From IMG/VR virus record IMGVR_UViG_3300035698_009139: 64,000 nucleotides of DNA. The stretch is one strand, 5' to 3'. The position numbers were made by a program, and so were the translations under genes. Positions 7,609-15,380 of this stretch are shown in pieces. The stretch comes from a virus. Numbering within the stretch: position 1 is the first letter of the stretch; each line of letters starts with the position of its first letter. The notes under the pieces are model-generated. The model was given only the letters and a program-made list of their open reading frames with translations, was not told the DNA's origin and ran no database searches.

Positions 7609-7931
7609 TGGCTCGGAAATTCGAACGGACGTTTGCAGACTTCGTTGAATGGTACGGCACCGATAAGAAAGGCTGCTGTGTCAGTCAGTTCTTTGAAGCG
7701 GCAGAAGCACAGTACGCGGCACCGCTGACTCCCGACGGGTTCAGTATTCTGAAGGTTGGCCAGTTCCACGACATATTTGTTGATGCTACTGGTGATCGGG
7801 AAGAAGGGGTTCGCCTGTATTGGAACATCGTCGCTGGTGGTACCGACAAGATCGATCTGAACCCGGACGAGTTGTACATCACATTCGGCGACGTGCTGGA
7901 CCGTGCGCTCGAATATCAGTTGAACACATGA
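7608..7931 (+). CDS. Hypothetical protein, family B
   Basis: TFADFVEW, CCVSQF, TFGDVLDRA. Confidence 0.8.
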   Translation: MARKFERTFADFVEWYGTDKKGCCVSQFFEAAEAQYAAPLTPDGFSILKVGQFHDIFVDATGDREEGVRLYWNIVAGGTDKIDLNPDELYITFGDVLDRALEYQLNT

Positions 7932-8053
7932 TCGTAACAATTCGCAATAGGACGCTACTGAAGTTGTTGTGGCCAAGGCCGGAAGGATATCCACCGAGTG
8001 TTACAGCAAGTCATAAATTGTGGTTGCAGTGGGCAACACATTGGTTTAAATGA
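7928..8053 (+). CDS. 41-aa Trp-rich mini-protein
   Basis: ATGA overlaps at both ends. Confidence 0.45.
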   Translation: MIVTIRNRTLLKLLWPRPEGYPPSVTASHKLWLQWATHWFK

Positions 8054-8393
8054 TGGGACGTAAAATGAAGTATGCAAATAACATCGATGGGTTGATTGAT
8101 TGATGACCAAGCCTCGTGATGAAGAGTTCGACTGGGACTCGACAGCCACTTGTTGTATGGGTCAATTCTATAATAGATCCAACGCCGGATACACCCGATA
8201 CGCCGACATGTTTATTGCGTCCGTAGGCGGCAATGGCAGAGAAGGTGTTCAATTATACAAATGGATATGTGCCGGCGGGACGGACGCTATCAGGGCTAAC
8301 CGGATGGCCCGCAATAGTTTTTCGACAAGTATGATGGTCAAATTCGGTGACGTGTTGGACCGTGCATGTGAATGGCAAGCGAGGGCAAAATGA
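8053..8393 (+). pseudogene. Family B member frameshifted near 8100
   Basis: MGRKMKYANNIDGLID* then a different frame MTKPRDEEFDW..CCMGQF..KFGDVLDRA; break lies in a TTGA x3 tract. Confidence 0.55.
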
Positions 8394-8734
8394 TGGAATA
8401 TACTTTCGAAGGATTCGTTAATTGGCTGGGCACACAGGACCCAGACGATGGCTATTGTTGGGGTGATCATCTGGATTGCCCTGTAGGCCGCTTCCAACAG
8501 GCCTGCCGAGATAGCGGGACGATAGTCATCGACCCAAAGTGTGAGTATGCCACGCTGTTCAAGGGACTCAGAAAGCGTCCGACAGCCTGGTCGTTGGTCT
8601 GGGAGTTACTTTTCAAAAATACTCCGTTGAAAACGACCACCCCTTACTGGGATATCACAGCATCAGACGGACCCCGTACCATGGGCGCGTGTTTGAAACG
8701 TGCACTAAAATATACGTATATCGGTACCGAATAA
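8390..8734 (+). CDS. Hypothetical protein, family B
   Basis: YTFEGFVNWLGTQDP...CPVGRF. Confidence 0.8.
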   Translation: MMEYTFEGFVNWLGTQDPDDGYCWGDHLDCPVGRFQQACRDSGTIVIDPKCEYATLFKGLRKRPTAWSLVWELLFKNTPLKTTTPYWDITASDGPRTMGACLKRALKYTYIGTE

Positions 8735-8738
8735 ATCG

Positions 8739-8766
8739 TTGACCCATTTACGAAATCGTGTATGAT
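8739..8766 (+). promoter_or_regulatory. Early promoter
   Basis: TTGACC-16-TATGAT. Confidence 0.6.
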
Positions 8767-8793
8767 GAGGTATCAAACAAATGGAGATCTCGA

Positions 8794-9165
8794 ATGGAAT
8801 ACGACTTCAACGACTTCACTAAATGGCTCGGCCGCCAAGACCCGAATACCAAGTATGACTGGCATTCTTGTGCCGAATGCGCTGTTGGGTCGTTCCTGAT
8901 AGACCAGGGCGTTTCGAAAGATGACGTTCATGGGATGCTATCGAAATTCAGCGAGATCTTCGATAATGTTGAGGCGATCGACCCCAGCAAGGTCAGCATC
9001 AACGATCGAAAATCCTCTCGTGATCGATATCACTATATCACTCACGACCTGTTGCAGCGGGCCGATGTCTCAGATGTCGACGACACAAAAGCGGGCGGCA
9101 GAATTCCGGATGGTGTCACATGCCTAAAGATAGACTCAACCCATCAATCATGGACGTGGCCATAA
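8794..9165 (+). CDS. Hypothetical protein, family B
   Basis: YDFNDFTKWLGRQDP...YDW...CAVGSF; GGAG RBS. Confidence 0.8.
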   Translation: MEYDFNDFTKWLGRQDPNTKYDWHSCAECAVGSFLIDQGVSKDDVHGMLSKFSEIFDNVEAIDPSKVSINDRKSSRDRYHYITHDLLQRADVSDVDDTKAGGRIPDGVTCLKIDSTHQSWTWP

Positions 9166-9371
9166 CATTCTTCCAGGCGGTACTATTGTGTGTTGCCTTG
9201 GCTCTCCTTGCCCACTTAATAATCGCGTTCACCAAATGGTCCATTCCGATGTATCTGATGGATTGGAACTCCGCTGGGTGGGAAATAACTCGGATGCTTG
9301 GGGGTGGATTGTCTATCTTATTCACCGTTATGTATCACTTCATCGAAGACACAGCGGAAACCAGCAAATGA
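9120..9371 (+). CDS. Small membrane protein (2 TM)
   Basis: Two hydrophobic segments; start may be 9150. Confidence 0.6.
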   Translation: MPKDRLNPSIMDVAITFFQAVLLCVALALLAHLIIAFTKWSIPMYLMDWNSAGWEITRMLGGGLSILFTVMYHFIEDTAETSK

Positions 9372-9802
9372 TTATATCCGACACAGAGAAGCTGCAGTCG
9401 AAGGTCCTAGAGTTCAAGGACATGCAGAAGTGGGCCGACGTCCACATCGATGGGATTCTGGGTGAATACCTGGACATGGTTGGCGAGTCTGGACTGAACC
9501 TATATGTCGACAAATGGGAATTCTCAGATACGTCAGACTTGGTCGTGATCGAATGGATCGGATATGGTGCTCGTGGGTACACGGATGGTGGATCGATCTC
9601 GATGCCAATCGAGTATCTGTGGGACTCGGATTGGCAGGATAAAGCTAGAGCTGCCATGGAAGAAAAAAAGCGCGTCGAACGGGAAGAAAAGGCGGCGGAC
9701 GAGGCCCGGCGCATACAAATGGATCTGGAACACGACCGGGACACGCTGGCCGAACTGCTCCGCCGCGAAAAGTTGGGTGATCTGTGTTGGAAAGGTCGAT
9801 AG
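9368..9802 (+). CDS. Hypothetical protein with charged C-terminal helix
   Basis: ATGA overlap; coding-like composition. Confidence 0.7.
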   Translation: MIISDTEKLQSKVLEFKDMQKWADVHIDGILGEYLDMVGESGLNLYVDKWEFSDTSDLVVIEWIGYGARGYTDGGSISMPIEYLWDSDWQDKARAAMEEKKRVEREEKAADEARRIQMDLEHDRDTLAELLRREKLGDLCWKGR

Positions 9803-10018
9803 ATGATAACTGATGTACAAGCGTTGTTTGTCATCGTGGCGTTAATGCTTGCGTATATTTTCGCCGCCACCGCTACATATGGGTATGCACACAACCGATG
9901 CACGACTTTTCGAAGTCAACCGAACACGTGCATAGTTGATGGTGCGCTTTATGGTGGTGGGTGGCCGGTGTATTGGGTTATGCATACTGGGTATTTAGTG
10001 GGGACATCATCCAAATGA
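9803..10018 (+). CDS. Small membrane protein
   Basis: N-terminal TM, WPVYW motif. Confidence 0.65.
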   Translation: MITDVQALFVIVALMLAYIFAATATYGYAHNRCTTFRSQPNTCIVDGALYGGGWPVYWVMHTGYLVGTSSK

Positions 10019-10194
10019 CTAAAATCATAATAGGTGTTGTTGTGTTAGGATCATTGGTTTTTCTCGGAGGCATTGGCATCAAAATCGTCGATATCTGGAA
10101 CAGAGGTGAACCTGGGCCTGCTATAATGATCGGCGGGCTGCTCATTATAGCAGGGGCCCTTATATCGTACCTTGTTTCCACAACGTCCCGATGA
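10015..10194 (+). CDS. Small 2-TM membrane protein
   Basis: Hydrophobic; ATGA overlaps. Confidence 0.65.
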   Translation: MTKIIIGVVVLGSLVFLGGIGIKIVDIWNRGEPGPAIMIGGLLIIAGALISYLVSTTSR

Positions 10195-10379
10195 GCAAAC
10201 TTACACCGGACCAGCAAACGCACAATATCACGATGCAGATGGCTGCAGATATAGGTCGTCAGATGAAGGACCAGTTGTTATATGACGCTGGAGTCAGCCC
10301 ACATTCCTATGTTGGCGAGTCAGCTTTAAAAGTGATTGATGAATATATTCGGCGAATCGAGACATTATACCACATATGA
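10191..10379 (+). CDS. Hypothetical protein
   Basis: ATGA overlap. Confidence 0.55.
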   Translation: MSKLTPDQQTHNITMQMAADIGRQMKDQLLYDAGVSPHSYVGESALKVIDEYIRRIETLYHI

Positions 10380-10409
10380 GCCAATAAATACATCTGAAAG
10401 GATCGTATT

Positions 10410-10727
10410 ATGATTAAATCATTACTAATGTCCGTCGTTTTAGCGGCCGGATTAATTCTCTCAACCCCAGCAATCGGGCAGCAACAAGCTGCCTGTGCTA
10501 AGCGGGCAGACATAGTCAAGCATATGCACAAGAAGTATAAAGAGGCCCCCGTTGCCATCGGATTGGCAAACAACGGTGGCGTGCTTGAAACGCTCGTTGG
10601 GCCTAAAGGTAAATCCTGGACGATTATCATCACAATGCCATCTGGGAAGACGTGTATGGTCGCGGCCGGGGAAAACTGGGAGCGTATTCCACAAAAAGCT
10701 ACGACACCGGAAGGAACAGACAGCTGA
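10410..10727 (+). CDS. Secreted/periplasmic small protein resembling a conserved alphaproteobacterial family
   Basis: Signal peptide; C..R......KY.E...G...WT...T.P.G.TC..A.G..W pattern. Confidence 0.7.
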   Translation: MIKSLLMSVVLAAGLILSTPAIGQQQAACAKRADIVKHMHKKYKEAPVAIGLANNGGVLETLVGPKGKSWTIIITMPSGKTCMVAAGENWERIPQKATTPEGTDS

Positions 10728-10942
10728 TGGAAAGTTACAACGCAGAGGACGATCAGTCTGAAAACAACTACAGCTGGGCAGTGCATCGTACTCCCACCGA
10801 GGACTGGGTGCTGCTGAAGAACGGTGAAGAGCAGTTCAGAACACCTCAGTCGTTGATATTCAACTCATATGCATATTCGATGTTCGCATCAGAAGAAAAT
10901 CTGATGACGTTCACACGTCCAGAAGGCATGCCGCTCAATTAA
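10727..10942 (+). CDS. Hypothetical protein
   Basis: TGATG coupling; last gene of the rightward block. Confidence 0.6.
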   Translation: MESYNAEDDQSENNYSWAVHRTPTEDWVLLKNGEEQFRTPQSLIFNSYAYSMFASEENLMTFTRPEGMPLN

Positions 10943-10963
10943 TAATTCGTTTCGATCGTCAGA

Positions 10964-11218
10964 TCAACCAAACCGTTTTGCAGCTTCTCGGACAGCTTCT
11001 CGGATCTCGTTAGGGTCCACTGCATTTCTGTCACGATCGAATATCACAAAATCACCTCTACGTGTGTCGATCCGAATGTTCAAATACTTCAGCTTCGGGT
11101 TGATCAACCACATTTTGTTGTTGCTGTTGATAACGGAAACCATCGCATGCAACTCTTTGTACCACACGTTGAATCCAGCTCCGTTCGTGGGCCAGTCATT
11201 CAATTCACTCATAACCAT
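10964..11218 (-). CDS. Hypothetical protein
   Basis: ORF with AGGAG RBS; last gene of the leftward block. Confidence 0.7.
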   Translation of the reverse strand: MVMSELNDWPTNGAGFNVWYKELHAMVSVINSNNKMWLINPKLKYLNIRIDTRRGDFVIFDRDRNAVDPNEIREAVREAAKRFG

Positions 11219-11762
11219 CTCCTACGTCGTTGTTTGCATACCCACACGTGCATCCTATAGGTACCGGTGTGTGACCGAGCTCCATCGGTCCATGCACGAT
11301 TGAATCACCGCACCAGCACCATTGATCGTCTATGATGTTGTTGCAGCCCATACAAAACATGATATGACCGTCCGCACCGATAGGGAATGTCTCGATATGC
11401 TCAACAGGGAACGGGCAGTCTTGGTCCATCGTTCTATGTGCGTTTAAATTAGGTTCATCATCATGCTCGCCGTCTTTGCGATTGACATCAACCGTCTTCC
11501 GACGCCACGCCCGCAGTTCATAATTATACAATGCCATCCGCATATGATACACTGCATCTAACGTCTCAGCACACGGTAGTATATCGTGCAGGTAGAGGGT
11601 GCGGTCTATTAGAGCCCGCAACACCTCCTGCGTTTGTAGGCCCGGCCATTCCTGATCATATGAAACAGCCCCACCGCTACGTTTAATGAATGTCAGACGG
11701 TGTTTGTCTTCAGTGCCAAGCTGCTCGAGGTCATACACATGGCCATCGTCAACCATTCTCAT
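11205..11762 (-). CDS. Tad1-like (Thoeris anti-defence sponge fold) protein with Cys-rich C-terminal extension
   Basis: HxY, LxFxK, G....EVL..LIDR, PCxE...AV.H...AL.....R...R pattern matches Tad1 by eye. Confidence 0.55.
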   Translation of the reverse strand: MRMVDDGHVYDLEQLGTEDKHRLTFIKRSGGAVSYDQEWPGLQTQEVLRALIDRTLYLHDILPCAETLDAVYHMRMALYNYELRAWRRKTVDVNRKDGEHDDEPNLNAHRTMDQDCPFPVEHIETFPIGADGHIMFCMGCNNIIDDQWCWCGDSIVHGPMELGHTPVPIGCTCGYANNDVGDGYE

Positions 11763-12118
11763 ATGAAGTCAGCAATTTGATTATTGAACTGTGTAATAAT
11801 GGTATCAGGAGGGGCATCGATACTCAGCGCAGCGCTATACCCATCGACCTTAACGACGGTCATCCATCCCGGTAGCGGAACGTCCTCGTCGACTAATGCG
11901 ATAGAGAACGACCATTCACCGTGGTAGTGCGCGAGAACAACCATCTCACGCGGGTCATCAAAGTCGTACTCGTGTTCTAGTGCCGGTGCGCTCAGCTTGA
12001 AAGCAGCAAAAGCACAATTAAGATAGTCGTCTCCATATCGCTCTTCATCCCCATTATGAAACACACAATCGCCTTCGATGTACACGATGTCATCGCTGTG
12101 GCCTTTGAACTTGATCAT
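11759..12118 (-). CDS. Acidic hypothetical phage protein (GxSDD motif)
   Basis: GAGGA RBS. Confidence 0.7.
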   Translation of the reverse strand: MIKFKGHSDDIVYIEGDCVFHNGDEERYGDDYLNCAFAAFKLSAPALEHEYDFDDPREMVVLAHYHGEWSFSIALVDEDVPLPGWMTVVKVDGYSAALSIDAPPDTIITQFNNQIADFI

Positions 12119-12311
12119 TGTACCATTCCTCAATTCTCAATTGGATTTTAGTCCGAACTTGATCAGGGGCATCCGACCACACCAGCACCATCGAAAACAA
12201 TATCTTTGGCAATCTGCTGGTGTGGAAGAAACATCCCCACTCATCTTCGCCGACTTCTTTATCGCAGTTACCCGGCCAGCGACAGTTGGCTTTCGGGTTC
12301 CCACACTGCAT
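12090..12311 (-). CDS. Small Cys/His (zinc-finger-like) protein
   Basis: C..PG.C...WGC..H...LP pattern; fills the gap in the leftward block. Confidence 0.55.
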   Translation of the reverse strand: MQCGNPKANCRWPGNCDKEVGEDEWGCFFHTSRLPKILFSMVLVWSDAPDQVRTKIQLRIEEWYNDQVQRPQR

Positions 12312-12630
12312 CAGCCATCTCTTGAGCGATGCGCACAACTTCTTCCGCAGTACGATTATTCGGCTTGTATTTGACATCCTTTTCAACCTTCTTCGGTTGC
12401 CGAACCAACATTTGCGGACGAGTAGCTTTCGTCTCCTCCTGCTTCTTCGGTTCAGGCGTTACGGTAACAGGGTCGGTGCCCTGCTTGCTCGCCTTATTTA
12501 CCTTCGCATAATAGGTAGATGCGCCGGCCGGTGTCATATCTGCTCCGTCGACGAACAAAACGATCATTTCTTTCCGAGTCAACCCCGGGTTGGCTGCGAA
12601 TATTTCGGTAACCATTTCAAGTTTTGTCAT
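12268..12630 (-). CDS. Putative HTH-like DNA-binding early protein (TPAGASTYY)
   Basis: Consensus promoter and AAGGA RBS upstream. Confidence 0.75.
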   Translation of the reverse strand: MTKLEMVTEIFAANPGLTRKEMIVLFVDGADMTPAGASTYYAKVNKASKQGTDPVTVTPEPKKQEETKATRPQMLVRQPKKVEKDVKYKPNNRTAEEVVRIAQEMADAVWEPESQLSLAG

Positions 12631-12632
12631 TT

Positions 12633-12959
12633 TCAATTTCCTTCGGGTTCTGATGTTATTATTATACCAGATTCCCGGTCATAGGTCAACGGTTTGTTGA
12701 AATAATTATTCAAAAACCTACGATCAGCAAAGAAATCATCACACGCAGTCGTGGTGTTGAATTCCGGTCCTACTTTAGTCGTATGAGCGTATCTGATTGT
12801 TATCTCATATCTCAATTGCCGGCCGCATAGACCCCACCACCGTCGCTCACCCACTTCTATCGGTTCTTTTAGGTATAAGGTAATTGTGTAGTAGGCGAAT
12901 TCGGCTCGAACCTCAAAATGTGTGGCATCTTTTAAAATCTCAGACGAGAATTGAGTCAT
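12633..12959 (-). CDS. Hypothetical protein
   Basis: Overlap-coupled ORF. Confidence 0.6.
   Translation of the reverse strand: MTQFSSEILKDATHFEVRAEFAYYTITLYLKEPIEVGERRWWGLCGRQLRYEITIRYAHTTKVGPEFNTTTACDDFFADRRFLNNYFNKPLTYDRESGIIITSEPEGN
12661..12689 (-). promoter_or_regulatory. Consensus sigma70 promoter
   Basis: TTGACC-17-TATAAT with extended TG. Confidence 0.8.
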
Positions 12960-13201
12960 TTTACACCTGCATGTCTGATTTCAGCTGTAAGTATGTGTAT
13001 ATCTTCTCCTGGGCTACCAAGCCCCTCGCATACAAAGAAAAAATCAGAATCCAGGCGGCACAACGATTTTGTTTCATCCGCATATACTTCGTATACAAAG
13101 CCATCGAAGTGGGACCAAGTTTTCCGAGTAGCGAGGCTGGCGTCGAAAATTTGGTTGAGTTCTCCCATCACTTTGTCAACTTTTTCATCTAATGTCATCA
13201 T
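12956..13201 (-). CDS. Hypothetical protein
   Basis: Promoter directly upstream. Confidence 0.6.
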   Translation of the reverse strand: MMTLDEKVDKVMGELNQIFDASLATRKTWSHFDGFVYEVYADETKSLCRLDSDFFFVCEGLGSPGEDIHILTAEIRHAGVK

Positions 13202-13222
13202 ATGCTTTCTTAAATTTGAATC

Positions 13223-13251
13223 AGTATACCACTAATCCACATAAGATTCAA
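13223..13251 (-). promoter_or_regulatory. Sigma70 promoter flanked by a TTGAATC/GATTCAA inverted repeat
   Basis: TTGAAT-17-TATACT on the minus strand. Confidence 0.7.
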
Positions 13252-13709
13252 TTAGATTTATGGGACACAATTTTGATGTGGGGTGCGTATTGAGCTACGT
13301 GTTTGCCTATCTTGCGTTTTTCTTCGCGCGTGTGGTCACTAGACAGAGACAAATGTGTAACATGCTTCAAAGGTATAGGTCCTTTGACGGATTCTTCTGA
13401 TTCGTGGCGCCGCAGACTAGTATCCCGTTCATTATCGTCGTGGCGGGCGGGAGAATTCTTATGAGACCCTCCCATGTACCAATCAGTGGGTTGAATTTTT
13501 GAGTGATGTTTCAGTTTGTCGTGATCGATTTTCCAATGAACTTTACTCCATCCTTTGGCATAATGCTCGCTGCGAGAAACACTGACATGGCCATTTTCAG
13601 AGGGATCAATCTTGCCTGCTTTCAGAGTGTCATGCACATTATCAGTGTGGGTTGCGTGGTACAGAGGAGCTCTACTCTGCTCGGCGATGAATGTCTTGAA
13701 TCTTTGCAT
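13248..13709 (-). CDS. Putative capsid-packaged ADP-ribosyltransferase-fold protein
   Basis: N-term MQRFKTFIAE (T4 capsid-targeting-like); LYHAT, VSVS, ESE motifs; late promoter and AAGGAG RBS. Confidence 0.6.
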   Translation of the reverse strand: MQRFKTFIAEQSRAPLYHATHTDNVHDTLKAGKIDPSENGHVSVSRSEHYAKGWSKVHWKIDHDKLKHHSKIQPTDWYMGGSHKNSPARHDDNERDTSLRRHESEESVKGPIPLKHVTHLSLSSDHTREEKRKIGKHVAQYAPHIKIVSHKSN

Positions 13710-13728
13710 ATATCCACTCCTTTAATTG

Positions 13729-13755
13729 TATTTATATAGACAGCATTTATAAATA
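13729..13755. promoter_or_regulatory. Divergent pair of T4-type late promoters
   Basis: TATAAATA on minus (13729-13736) and plus (13748-13755). Confidence 0.8.
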
Positions 13756-13808
13756 TAACATCCACATTCTAGCTAAATACCATAGCAACATAAAAAGAGA
13801 TTGTATAC

Positions 13809-15344
13809 ATGCCAGGCATTGTTACCAAAAGATTCCGCATCCATAATGCTGAGCAATTCAAAGAAGCATTTTCTGAAGCGGCCGATTCCGTAATGTACTT
13901 ATTCGTCGGCCAGATTGCAAGTTGGTCAAATGATGCTGCGCCACCTACACCATCAGATACTGTGCAGGAAACTCGGTATGACATCTGGCGGACGATGATC
14001 GGTGGCAAACGCATTCAATCCGCGGATGTATCATTCGCTGCAAGTAGGTACAATTGGGCCAATAACACGCTATATCACGAATATGACAGCAATGATGCTA
14101 CGCTCGCCTCTAATACGTTCTATGTGATGACGGATGATTACAACGTATACAAGTGCCTGTTTAACAACAACACAGCAAATAGCACGATCAAGCCAACCGG
14201 TACAGCGACATCAACGCTGAATACGGCGGATGGATACAAATGGAAATTCCTGTACAATATCAGTGCGGCAGAAGCTCTGAAATTTGTAACAACCAATTAC
14301 ATCCCTGTTAAAACACTATCTGCAAATGATGGATCCTCGCAGTGGTCGGTGCAGCAAGCAGCATCCAATGGCGCAATCGAAATTATCGACGTGCTAGCTA
14401 ACGGAACCAGCTACGACAGTAGTAATGGGACAATTTCTGGTGTGACTAACACGAGCGTTATCGTATTGCCATCCCACGCAAGCGGTACGGATAACATTTA
14501 CAATGGATATACGTTATATATTCCTAATGGTCTTGGCGCTGGCCAGATAAAAGAAGTTGTTGACTATGTCGGCACATCTAGAACTGTTACTCTGAATAGT
14601 GGATTCTCGATATCTCCCAACACATCTAGTCTATTCCACATTGCCCCAAAGATTGCAATTGGTGGCGACGGCTCGGGTGCATCGGCTTATGCCAATGTCA
14701 CCTCCGGCCAGCTAACGCATATCAACATTATCAATATTGGTAGCAGTTACAGCAAAGCTAATGTTGTGATCACAGCAAATGCTGGGTCTGGTGCTACGGC
14801 ACATGCCCACATTGCGCAGCCAGACGGACATGGCAGCAACCCAGTAGGGGAGCTATTTGCCCACAACGTCATGCTCAATGTGCAGCTAAACGGGTCGGAA
14901 GGCAATACGCTTCCAACAAACAACGATTTCCGCATTATCGGCCTATTGAAAGATCCTATCCTGGCCAATGGGTTGGAAGCTAATACGTCGACATTCAATC
15001 AGACTGCTCAATTGACCGTTAGCTCTGTTAGTGGGTCGTATACGATCGATGAAGTGATATCTGGTGGTACAAGTACATCGAATGGTCGCATCGTTAGATT
15101 TGCTAATACAAATGCTGGTGGTACGGCCGGTGTGTTGCACGTAGTCAATGAGAATTTTGAAAACAGCTTCAGTAATGGTGAAGTAATTACGGGTGGAACC
15201 AGTAGCGTGACAGCGACTATTACGAATATTGCAGCTGGCGATTTAACGCCATATAAGGGTGATGTGATTTACATCGAGAACAGATCACCAATATCGAGAA
15301 GTGTCGATCAAATTGAAGACATCAAAATTGTTGTCCAGTTCTAA
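13809..15344 (+). CDS. gp8: Baseplate wedge subunit
   Basis: FYV...YNVYKCL, DGYKWKFLY and IYIENR.PI.R..DQ.ED.K motifs. Confidence 0.9.
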   Translation: MPGIVTKRFRIHNAEQFKEAFSEAADSVMYLFVGQIASWSNDAAPPTPSDTVQETRYDIWRTMIGGKRIQSADVSFAASRYNWANNTLYHEYDSNDATLASNTFYVMTDDYNVYKCLFNNNTANSTIKPTGTATSTLNTADGYKWKFLYNISAAEALKFVTTNYIPVKTLSANDGSSQWSVQQAASNGAIEIIDVLANGTSYDSSNGTISGVTNTSVIVLPSHASGTDNIYNGYTLYIPNGLGAGQIKEVVDYVGTSRTVTLNSGFSISPNTSSLFHIAPKIAIGGDGSGASAYANVTSGQLTHINIINIGSSYSKANVVITANAGSGATAHAHIAQPDGHGSNPVGELFAHNVMLNVQLNGSEGNTLPTNNDFRIIGLLKDPILANGLEANTSTFNQTAQLTVSSVSGSYTIDEVISGGTSTSNGRIVRFANTNAGGTAGVLHVVNENFENSFSNGEVITGGTSSVTATITNIAAGDLTPYKGDVIYIENRSPISRSVDQIEDIKIVVQF

Positions 15345-15380
15345 TAAATAGATTTAGATAAAACGGAAATATAGCAAACT

